From NCBI RefSeq assembly GCF_020745735.1, contig NC_083407.1, forward strand, positions 89,333,857 through 89,397,856: a stretch of 64,000 nucleotides of DNA, read 5' to 3'. Made by a program: the position numbers and the translations under genes. Below, piece after piece: positions 26,060-37,053 of the stretch (positions are counted from its first letter, which is position 1; every line of letters starts with the position of its first letter). The stretch is from Hemiscyllium ocellatum. Lineage: Eukaryota. The notes under the pieces are model-generated. The model was not told the DNA's origin, made no database searches, and saw nothing but the letters and a program-made list of their open reading frames with translations.

Positions 26060-27920
26060 GATTTCAAAAGCTAACTGGGGGCAGATGTTCGCAAGTAAAG
26101 GGACGGCTGGAAAATGGGAAGCTTTGAGATAACAAGAATCCAGAGACAGTATATTCCTGCTAAGGAGAAAGGAAAGGCTGGTCGGTGTAGGGAATGTTGG
26201 ATGACTAGAGAAATTGTCAGTTTGGTTAAGAAAAAGAAGGAAGCATATGTCAGGTATAGACAGGATAGATCAAATGAATCCTTAGAAGAGTATAAAGGTA
26301 GTAGGGGTATACTTAAGAGGGAAATCAGAGGGCAAGAAGGAGACATGAGATAACTTTGGCAAATGGAGTTAAGGAGAATTTTACTATACATTAAGGACAA
26401 AAGGGTAACTAGGGAGAGAATAGGGCCCCTCAATGATCAGCAAAATGGCCTTTGTTTGGAGCCGCAGAAAATAGAGGAGATTCTAAATGAGTATTTTGCA
26501 TCAGTATTTACTATTGAAAAGGACATGGAAGATATAGAATGTAGGGAGACGTGATCTCTATGAACTTCAGTAAGGTGTTCAACAAGGTTCCCCATGGGAG
26601 ACTGGTTAGCAAGATTAGATCTCATGGAATACAGGGAGAACTAGCCATTTGGATATAGAACCGGCTCAAAGGTAGAAGAGAGAAAATAGAAGAGGGTTAC
26701 CTCAGATTACAATGGGATCTTGATCAGATGGGCCAATGGGCTGAGAAGTGGCAGATGAATTTTAATTCACATAAATGCGAGGTACAGCATTTGGGAAAGC
26801 AAATCTTGGCAGGACTTAGACACTTAATGGTAAGGTCCTAGGGAGTGTTGCTGAACAAAGAGACCTTGGAGTGCTGGATCATAGCTCCTTGGAAGTAGAG
26901 TTGCAGGTAGTTACAACAATGAAGAAGGTGTTTGGTATGCTTATCTTTATTGGTCAGAATATTGAGTACAGGAGTTGGGAGGTCATGTTGTGGCTGTATG
27001 GGACATTGGTTAGGCCACTGTTGGAATATTGCATGCAGTTCCATCCTATCAGAAAGATGTTGTGAAACTTGAAAGGTTTCAGAAAAGATTTACAAGGATG
27101 TTGCCAGGGTTGGAGGATTTGAGCTATAGGGAGAGGCTGAACAGGCTGGGGCTGTTTTCCCTGGAGCATCGGAGGCTGAGGGGTGACCTTATAGAGGTTT
27201 ATAAAATCATGAAGGGCATGGATAGGATAAATAGACAAAGTCTTTTCGCAGGGGTCAGGGAGTCCAGAACTGGAGGGCATAGTTACAGGATGATCGGGGA
27301 AAGATATAAAAGAGACCTAAGGGGCAAATTATTTCACACAGAGGGTGGTATGTGTATGGAACGAGCTGCCAGAGGATGTGGTGGAGGCTGGTACAATTGC
27401 AACATTTAAAAGGCATCTGGATGGGTATATGAATAGGAAGGGTTTAGAGGGATCGGGATGGGACCATTCGCTGCCACTGATTCATCACTGCCCTTTCACC
27501 GCCTAGGACGCTTCGCCACCACAAGTGTTTGTAACTCATTTTTATGTATAAACAATATAATGATATTTATTTCACTTCTTTTTTTATCAATATGTACTAT
27601 GTTGTTGTATAACTAAAGGGGACTGAGAAGTATGAAAGAACAGGCGGGAGGGAAAACAATCAGTACATATATATCTGTCAGGTGGCAAATAGTCTCCAGA
27701 GGTCAAACATCCTCAGTGGAGAAACGCTGGTGCCGAACCAGCAGTGGCTAATCGGCGGCAGTGAATGTACCGTAGTAAATCATCACCAACCCTGGAGGGA
27801 TATGGTCTGGGTGCTGGCAGGTGGGACTAGATTAGGTTGGGATATCTGGTCGGCATGGACAAGTTGGACCAAAGGTCTGTTTCCATGCTGCACTTCTCTA
27901 TGTCTCTATGACTCTATAAC
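26060..27920 (+). mobile_element. Internally deleted CR1 ORF2 plus 3' end, interrupted at 27454-27794
   Basis: EILNEYFASVFT and [14 protein letters not shown] motifs; ctctatg tail. Confidence 0.85.
27454..27794. mobile_element. Unclassified MITE-like insertion within a CR1 3' end
   Basis: 7-bp duplication gagggat (27447-27453, 27795-27801); imperfect subterminal inverted repeats of about 30 bp; AT-rich core. Confidence 0.55.
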
Positions 27921-29786
27921 ATAGAAACAGGAGTCAGCCATTTTGCCAATCAAGTTAGTTTCTGCCTGGCATTTAATGTTCAACACAACTGAGTTCTATT
28001 ATAGACAAGGAGAGTCTTCCAGTGTACTTCATCTGACAGCTCGTTGGGGCCTACAGAACTAACCATAGTCCACTATCCAGATGGCAGTCAGACAGAAGCC
28101 CTGGCTGTGAGTGCTCGGAATGAATGAATGATAATGACCAACCTCTGGACTGTGTGGGGACTGTACTGGTGATGGATGATTTGCTGTCCACTGACAGATA
28201 GTGGTTCACTCTATGATGGTGCTGAAGACCACCCCCAACTTTTCAACATGGCCACTTGTCCGATGATCGGCCCTAAGATGCTGCCTACTTCAATCTGGGA
28301 GCTGGGAACCTGTCCCTGCATGCAATGTGTCCGTGCAACAGCCTCTCAATGCTAGTTGTCAGTGCACCCGGCAATGCAGGTCTGCAATACGTAAGCTGCA
28401 ACTGGATTGGAGAAGTGTCATGGTGATTGTGAGAAGCTGGAAAATGTCAGATGCTACTATGCATCGATTAAAGTGGTACTGGAAAAGCACTGTAAGTCAG
28501 GCAGTATCCTAGGAGCAGGAAAATCATTCCTCGCATTTATGTGAACAAAGGACTGAGAATTCTGATGAGCTGTACCTCAGCATTGGGAGCACCTTGCTGT
28601 ATCTTTTACATTTCTGCCTGGGAATGAGGCAGGGATTTAGCTAGGCAGCAGGGAATTGCTGATTGAGGAGGATTATAATTTGGTAAACTCATCATTAATC
28701 TTGCAACCTGCCTCCTACATAATCCAATTCCTATCTTCCGAGATACAACAAACAAACTGGACATCAGGAATTATCAACAGATACGGGGAGAATGTGCAAA
28801 CTCTGCACAGACAATCACCTGAGGCTGGAATTGAACTTGGGTCCCTGTGAGCCCCTGTGCCACTCATATATTTTGGCATTTCCTGTAATGAGTTTAATGA
28901 GGAATTTGAAAGGTCCTTAAATGATAGGCAAGTATCCAATTAATTGGCCTTTAACACAGTGCAACTGGCAAGTGTGTGAGAAGGAATGTACCTAAGTACG
29001 GTGTCCATTGTGAAAAGCCCCAAGAAGGGAGGCAAAACAGTCTGGGAAATGAGACCATGGAGAACCACAACCTTGTCAATCTCTAGCCATGCAGTCATAT
29101 GATTAGCTTAATTGGAAATGTATGCAATTAACTGATAATATGATTGGTTTGTAAATATTAAAGGTGGGATGAAATAAATGTATAAAAATATATGTTTTCC
29201 TTTGTTTGGTGAAGAACTCTTTAGATTTTAAGAGCGTTTCTTCTCACCGTTGTAATTACAACAAACTCTTTGACATTGGAAGTGAACTTCTGGGTGTCGA
29301 GCGAATTGTCATTCCACCCTAACACCCTTATTTGGCAACTCACAGCTGCCTAATGAGAAACTTACCTCACCACTCAAGAAATGCATGAAAGATACAGTTC
29401 ACTATGTTGAGATAGACCTAGCTGGACTTTTCGTACAATTCTCCACAAATCCCACCTTAGCACACATTACTCAAACCCCTATTTGTTTCTGCCCAATGAG
29501 TACATGAATATCTGGCATGACTTTTCCGCACAGAACCTGAGGGGAGATTCTGATTGAAACCGTTCACATTTTTCAATAGAATAACCTCAGCTGGAAAACC
29601 ATTGATTCTGCCCAGCTATAAATCCAGATACGTAAAGCTAAACATGAATGTGAAAATCCTCAGTTACCTTTATGTTATTATAGATAATACATAAAGAAGT
29701 TTTTGAGCCTTGAGTTATTTGTTTCTTTCTGAAATCTGTGCAATGATACTGCAGGCTTCTGTTCAAATTGCCCCCACTTGATGACA

Positions 29787-30085
29787 GGGGTAGCAAGGTG
29801 GCTCAGTGGTTAGCACTACTGCCTCACAGTGCCAGAAACCCAGGTTTGATTCTAGCCTTGGGTGACTGTGTCAAGCTTGCACATTCTCTCTGTATCTGCG
29901 TGGGTTTCGTACCACAGGCTAAAGATGTGCAGGTAAGGTGGATTGGCCATAGTGTGCAGTCTAGGTGGATTAGCCATGGGGAATGCAGGGTTATTGGGAA
30001 GGGGGTGGATCTGAGTGGGTCACTTTTTGGATGTTAGTGCGGACTTGATGGCTGAATGGCCTGTTTCCACACTGTGGAGATTCAA
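29787..30085 (+). mobile_element. HE1-type SINE
   Basis: tggctcagtggttagcactactgcctcacag head; ggcctgtttccacactg 3' end. Confidence 0.8.
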
Positions 30086-30363
30086 TGACAGATAAAATGG
30101 GCATTACTCCAGGCTGAGATACTTTCTGTTTCACCTTAAGTCAAAGGGGACATAATGATCTTGTCAGTGTTCTTGCAGAATCAGTGGAAGCACACTATTT
30201 TTAGAGAATTTGGGAGAATTTTTTTTAATTCAGTGAGTCTAGATGTTTTGAAGTAGGGGTATGTTTTTGAAAAACCTCTGAACGCAGCACCTCCTTCCAG
30301 TCACAAAGGTTGTTGGTACAGTTTGCCTTGATTACAATAACAAATGGAGATGAAATAGAATTG

Positions 30364-30596
30364 CTGAAAATGTGCTGCTGGAAAAGCGCAGCAGGTCAGG
30401 CAGCATCCAAAGAGCAGGAGAATCGACGTTTCGGGCATGAGCCGAAGAAGGGCTCCTGAAGGGCTCCCTTTTTGAAGTAGGGCTCATGCCCGAAACGTCG
30501 ATTCTCCTGCTCCTTGGATGCTGCCTGACCTGCTGCGCTTTTCCAGCAACACATTTTCAGCTCTGGTCTCCAGCATCTGCAATCCTCACTTTCTCC
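30364..30596 (+). mobile_element. Fold-back hammerhead element, family 1
   Basis: About 80-bp inverted arms with a scrambled loop. Perfect 14-bp TSD atgaaatagaattg at 30350-30363 and 30597-30610. Confidence 0.9.
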
Positions 30597-32070
30597 ATGA
30601 AATAGAATTGGTAAAGTAGGCAAGGGAGAAAGAGGAGGAGAATTTCCAGCAGTAGGTCGTTCCAACGCTGATGGTGAGGAAGCAGTTCTTCAGCTTCCAT
30701 CCAAACCAGCAGCACGGGGATCAGTGGCTGTACTGCAACAAGAATGCTGTAGGCAAAGGTGACAAGACCAGCATTTACAGGCTCTCCCTAAATTCCCTGA
30801 GAAGATTGTGGTTAGATACCTTCAAGAAATGTTTTGGTCCTGTATTGAATCACTGAACTACTTTTGAAGGTAGTTATGACTGGTGGATATGCTCCTAGCC
30901 AAACAGAAAACTCACCCACTGATTCTTCTCACTGAGTCAAATTAAAATAATGACCATTCCATGCATACTAAGCATCATCAGTCTTTAAGCTTGAGCTTGC
31001 TATTACATACTCCACTATTGTTATTCCACTATCAATCTTTTAAAGAAAACCAGGACTACATTCTGATCTTATTTTTCTGAAACATTCAATGATTAATTAA
31101 AATGAGGGCCCTGCTGCCCTGGAATTTCAAAGTGGATTACTTAGCTACCTCACTGATCAGAGAGTCTGGAGTAAAATCAAAGTAACTGGGATATGTCAGT
31201 GTCAAATTGGATCATAGATTCAAAAGTGATTTCTTAATTAGTCAGCTCCAGGAAGATCTCCCAGGAGGGTGCCCTGACAGTAACAGGTGGTCAGGATCCA
31301 TAAATAATGCTGTCACCTGCTCATAGTCCAAGAAAAGATCATTTTGCCTTTTGAGTCTCAAATATCTTTTTTGTTATTTTATTAATAATATGACAGATAT
31401 AGTATTTAGCTAAAAACACTAATAAATTTCTAATTACTGATTGAACTAATTGAAATTCATACAATGGTGATTTTTTTTATGCAATCTTTTAAAATTAACT
31501 TTAAAAATGATGAGAAATTTAGACTTTGGGTTAGTTTTTGAAAGCTGTAGTCATTTGAACTCTTTTTAGCTGATCGGTTAAACATTGTTTTCTGGAATTA
31601 GACAATTTTTAAATTAGAAAGATTTGGAAGTCATTTTCACAGCTAATGAGATGGCCAAAATATTACTATCAGAAAGCTAATCGATCAGCAAATATTTCAT
31701 TATTAACCATATGGTAACGATCTAGATTGCAATGAAAACTTGAATTAGTTTTTGTAAGCTATATCTAGTAGGTAAACCTATGGTTAAAAAAAAAACGTAC
31801 TGCAACAGTTTTTAAACTGAGCTGTTAAGATTATAAGCGTTTAACTATATAAAAAACACATTGAAATACTTTCATTAGACTCAGCAAAGTTGCGAATTGA
31901 ACTTGTGTATTTCGGATGACACCAAAAGCTCTGTGGAATCTCATCCTCTCATTTTCTTTTTGTCATAGAACAATAAAAGTGAATGCAGGCAAAATGAATA
32001 GAATGAATGACATATTTGTTACTTGAATGCTGGTGTTTCTCTGCAATGTATATCACATGCCTTTGCTCCA

Positions 32071-32147
32071 TTTTGCTGAGATACAGTTCTCTCATTCACA
32101 TAACAAAAGTGTTCTCTACCATGGCCATTCACTATAGAGTATAAATA
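32071..32147 (+). promoter_or_regulatory. Gene E proximal promoter
   Basis: TTTTGCTGA at 32071-32079; ATAACAAAAG near 32100; TATAAATA at 32140-32147. Confidence 0.65.
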
Positions 32148-32204
32148 CCAAGCTGCACATTGCAATAACATATCCAGTCGGCTGAATCCAACCGTGAAGT
32201 CAAA

Positions 32205-35200
32205 ATGGGAAAGGTTGAGCTGTCCACTGTATTTTATAAATTATGTGAACTATTCTAACTCAAAACTGTTCAAATTATTATTTACTTTCTACTGTTTTCT
32301 CATCTTCAGATCATCTTTTACGAGGACAGGAACTTCCAGGGACGGCACTATGAGTGCAGCAGTGACTGCGGCGACCTGTCCCCTTACTTCAGCCGCTGTA
32401 ACTCCATCCGTGTTGACAGTGACTGGTGGGTGGTGTATGAGAAACCCAATTACATGGGATACCAGTATGTTCTGACCAGGGGAGAGTATCCTGACTACCA
32501 GCGCTGGATGGGATTCAATGACAACATCAAGTCATGTCGTACCTACCCATATGTAAGCTTTATAGTATTTGTAGTTTTACCAGATATTAATTATTTTCTT
32601 GTACAGCTTATATTGTGAAGGCATCAATAGACATTTGTCACTAGCTATCCTTTAAGACACTTCTATTCTAATTCGTTCATTATTTTTCAATCACTTATTT
32701 AACAGGCTACTGACAATGTATGTCTCCAAGGATGAATTCAGGATTAAAAGTTAGCTTTATATTGTTGCTGAATTATAAAATTATGTTTAAGAAAGAGAAT
32801 GGGCGAGCGTACTGAATAATCAATGTGAAGCAACCTCTGATTAATATGTTAGTGTCTGGGTACAGGCTTGTTTGTCACAAATGATGTTTAATTGTCATTT
32901 TTACAGTTTATCCCTGTCACTAGTAGAGGTGGAATTGATGTAGTGTAGTAAAGTCTTTAATGTAGGTGGATGGCTGAACCCAAGGTGTTCCATCTATGTC
33001 TTTGTGGGAGGGATGGTCCACAGAACCTAAACAGTTGTTCTATATATGCTGACATTTTATATGCTGGCTCATCCTAGACAGATTTTGCAAGATTTGAGGT
33101 CACTAAAGGATAGTTCCTACTGCTGTTTATCCCCTGGCAGATTATCTTAAATTGGAACTTCATATTTGTTAGTGCTGCTGAGTTGAGAGATGGAATTAAG
33201 ATAAACATTGATTTAATTCCTATATCTGACCCAAAAGACCTATAATAATTATATTAACTGCACACAAGTGGATAATCAGAATTGTTACATTTATGAAGTA
33301 CTGTTGCTATGCTCAATTAATGCTAAAGAAGAGAGAAAGTTCTAACACATAGTACCAATACAGTTTCCTGATGAAATTCACTGAAATCTTGCCGAAAGTA
33401 TCATCCTGTAATTTCCACTATGGAAATAAAGCTTCTGCCAACCATTTGAAATAATTGCCCAAGTTCACTTGTTACAATCAAACTCTGAGAAAGGTTCCCC
33501 TATTCATTAAGTTCCAGATGAGGTACATCTAACAGGTAAGCTCCCTATGAGGAGGGGTGAACTACCTCCTTTTCTTTTATTCATCTACTTCTCAGTTGGA
33601 TCTGTGCCTTTGTGCATCCCTTTCACCTAGAACCCATGCTCTTATGACTCAAATATATTTGATTTAACTGGGGTTTCTTAAACTTGTTAGTTACTAAACG
33701 TGGAAATAATTTACAATGCAACACACAAAATAGAAATAAGAGGTGAATCTGAAAGGATCATTATTAAACAACAGGGACATGCATATCAGATTCTGGATTG
33801 TTCACAAGGAGTGGAAAGTTGAAGATTGTGATCATTGCAGTGGAGGTTACTGGTAGTGTAGATGTTGGCAATTGACCAGACAATTTTGAGATTCTTGGTT
33901 TTGTAACCTGATAGAAGTTCCCTTCTCCCAATTCCCTTTTTAGTAGGTTTGCAACATGCAGAACATCAGAGTGTCCTCCTTTATCTGTAACACAGGAATA
34001 ATTTGGACATAGTTGTTCCACAGTAACCCTCACAGCATGCTAATGCACAATCCCAGAATGATACACTTGAGAGTGTTCAGTGCAACCAGTCCACTTCAGT
34101 CAGGTTGAAGCTGGCCTTTTAGTTTTATCCTGGTGTCTTCCTGGAAAGTGAAATAAACAGGTCTGCAAGAGTGGCTCTTTTCTGAGAGAGGAGAAATAGT
34201 TGGCTGCCTCATTATCTCTTTTCATCAAGTCATTCTCTGTTTAAAATTCCTTGACAATTTATATGCGTGATTCTTTATCAGGACTAGATTAGGTTAGGAT
34301 ATCTGGTCGGCATTGACGAGTTGGACTAAAGAATCTGTTTTCATGCTGTACATCTCTATGACTTTATGACTTCACACACAACTCTGCCAAACAATCACTG
34401 AATTTATATCTGCAGTTTTTCTGTAGCATCCCTATACCCCTACATTTTGGCTAACCCACCTAGCCTCCACATCCCTGAATAATATGGGCAATTTAGCATA
34501 GCCAATCCACCTAACCCTTAAAATAGTACATTTTTAACTTAAAAGTAAAAAAAATCTGCAATTACTTCAGGGCGCCAATTCATTGTCACAATACACCACA
34601 ACTAGTGCCTTGTTCATAATGACTTTAGATTCCTAAAAATATGGTTGTTTCTTAAATGCTGCTGTGAACCATAGCGCAAAGATACTTGCTTGTATTTAAG
34701 AAAACCATTTAGCAATACCTTCTCAAAGGTAATTGGATTGGGTATTAAACGTTACTCTATTAATAATCCCCTCATCCTATGAATAAATAAAAGTTAAAAG
34801 CTGGAGTTTGTAATTTGATCAATCATTCCAAGTATGTTAAGAGGTTGTTTATACTTTTCTTTAGTAGTTCAAATCCTAATTTGGTTTGTGATTTTATTAC
34901 AATCATGTGCTGGCTTCAGCAATCTGTTTTCCTCAATATGTCATATTTATTTTAACAGTACAGGGGTGATTCCTATAAAATGAGGATTTATGAGAGGCCT
35001 GACTTTGGAGGACAGATGATGGAATTCATGGATGACTGTCCATCTGTCTACGATCGTTTCCGTTACCGTGACATCCACTCCTGCCATGTGATGGATGGTT
35101 ACTGGATCTTCTATGAACATCCTGACTACAGAGGGCGACAGTACTTCATGAGACCTGGTGAATACAGGAGATTCAGTGACTGGGGAGCAACCTGTTCAAC

Positions 35201-35234
35201 TATTGGATCTTTCAGGCGAATGAGAGATTTCTAA
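32205..35234 (+). CDS. cryg: Gamma-crystallin copy E, 175 aa; exons 32205-32213, 32310-32552, 34959-35234
   Basis: ATG GGA AAG|gttgag; exon 2 ends [12 protein letters not shown]|gtaagc; exon 3 [11 protein letters not shown]...[23 protein letters not shown] at 35284-35289. Confidence 0.95.
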
Positions 35235-36164
35235 ATTGCTGCTGAAAAGAATAATATTGCTTTGCTGACATATTATTGAGCAGAATAAAAATCTTTCATT
35301 GCAACTTCATATTTTTCATTTATTTATTCTCATAGAATTTTATAAGACAATAATTACATTATTATGATTACACAACAGGATAATACTTTATGCTCGAATG
35401 TGGCTTGAAGGATGTTTGATTGACTAGTTGCTTACATCAATCCAATTTTTCCCTTCACATTAGGAAAGAACCATGGCTGTAACATTATCTTCACTTTGGA
35501 AACAATACTTTTTATAAGAACATGGAACATAGGAGTTTCAGTAGTCCATTCAACCCCTTGAGATTGCTCTAACAAACTAGACCATGGTTTATCACCTATC
35601 TGGAATTATATTCACCCATTGTCATCTCCATATCTCTTAATTTTATTACTAACTAATGATCCACCAGTTTCTGTCTTGAACTTACTTAAAGACTGAACCT
35701 CCACAATCTTCTTGGGTAGAGAATTCCAAACATTCACCGTTCTTGAAATGAAATTGTTTTTCTCAACTCAATCCTGAATGGTTTGTTTTTTTTCTTCCAA
35801 GGCTTCCTCCTTGCTTTTAGACAGCCACACCAGAGGAAACTTCATTTCTGCATCTCCCCGGACAAGTTCTTTAAGAATTTTGTACTTGTCTATGAGAACA
35901 TCTTTCGTTGCTCCTATACTCAAATTGGCTTGCAATAAAAACTAATATGTCACTCATCTTCTATAAAACCTGCTGCACTGACTTGTGTGGTCAAGCAGCC
36001 ATGGGCCCAAAATTCAACAATCAAAATTGACTCACGGTCAGAGAAACCAGGATTAACAAAACATGGGCCAAACTCAATTGAACACCAGCATGCAGCTAAC
36101 AGCAACAAAGAACATGGAAACCCAGGTCAAAAAGGTGACAAATGCTTGGGAGGATCCAGTTACA

Positions 36165-36257
36165 GTCAAGTGTGTGGTGCTGGAAAAGCACAACAGGTCT
36201 GGTAGCATCTGAGTAGCAGGAGAATGGACATTTCGGGCAGGGACCCTTCATCAGGAA
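36165..36257 (-). mobile_element. Hammerhead element, family 1, single arm
   Basis: CTGATGA-agggtccctgccc-GAAA on the minus strand; absent at the paralogous site near 51640. Confidence 0.7.
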
Positions 36258-37053
36258 AGCCTGAGAGGTGTGTATTGGAGAGGTATTAAGCAGACTTTCC
36301 GACACCTTGACTTCCAACTAGTACCTGAGGTCATTCACACCTCCTCAGCATGGCAACAGTAGGATCCCAATGAATGCTTTGAAGCCCTATCATGACCCTA
36401 TTGGCTGAAGGCAACAGAACATTCTGGAACGTCCGGGGTGAGATGAATAAAAAGACACAGACCTTAAGGCCATTGTTTCAGTGAAGACTTGCAGCAAGAC
36501 ACGTGGCAGAAGATCATGCAGCAATGCGGAAGACCCAGGAGAAGACTCTCCTTGACCTGCGAGACCCACCTTCATGAAAGAGAGCCACCCCTATGTCAGA
36601 CAGGAACAAGATTCTAACAGCCCAGCTCAAACATGGGGATCATTGTATGTAATATTCTTTCTCAGACAGATAGAACTTGATCGAGAGTAAGCATTCTAGG
36701 AATTTTATATTTAAGTACACAGAAGTATTTTAATAAGGAATATTTAATTAAGAAAATCAAATTGAATCACAAAGCAAATTCTGTCTCCCTCACCGGTAAG
36801 AGTGCTTGCATGAAGTGTTTTTAACACAGCACATAAACTGGTCAAAGTGTCCAAAAGCACAGACATATTCATGAACAAGGACACCAAAGTCCCTTTCCAA
36901 TCTCTCTCATCATTTAAGAAATATTCTGTACCTTTGTTCCTCTGACCAAGGTGGATATTCTCACATTAGAACATAGAACATAGAACATAGAAAAATACAG
37001 CGCAGTACAGGCCCTTCGGCCCTCGATGTTGCGCCGACCGAAGCCTACCTAAC

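Larger units (their letters stand above)
12900..28750. repeat. Tandem segmental duplication of the C unit (about 12900-16880) and D unit (about 21420-28750)
   Basis: 3' flanks, both introns and about 1.5 kb upstream are colinear after removing TE inserts. Confidence 0.85.

Noticed and set aside
28884-29324. Possible solo LTR (TG...CA, TATA-like); similar candidate at 43960-44149
   Set aside because: No convincing TSD, PBS/PPT or second copy in the window; cannot support.
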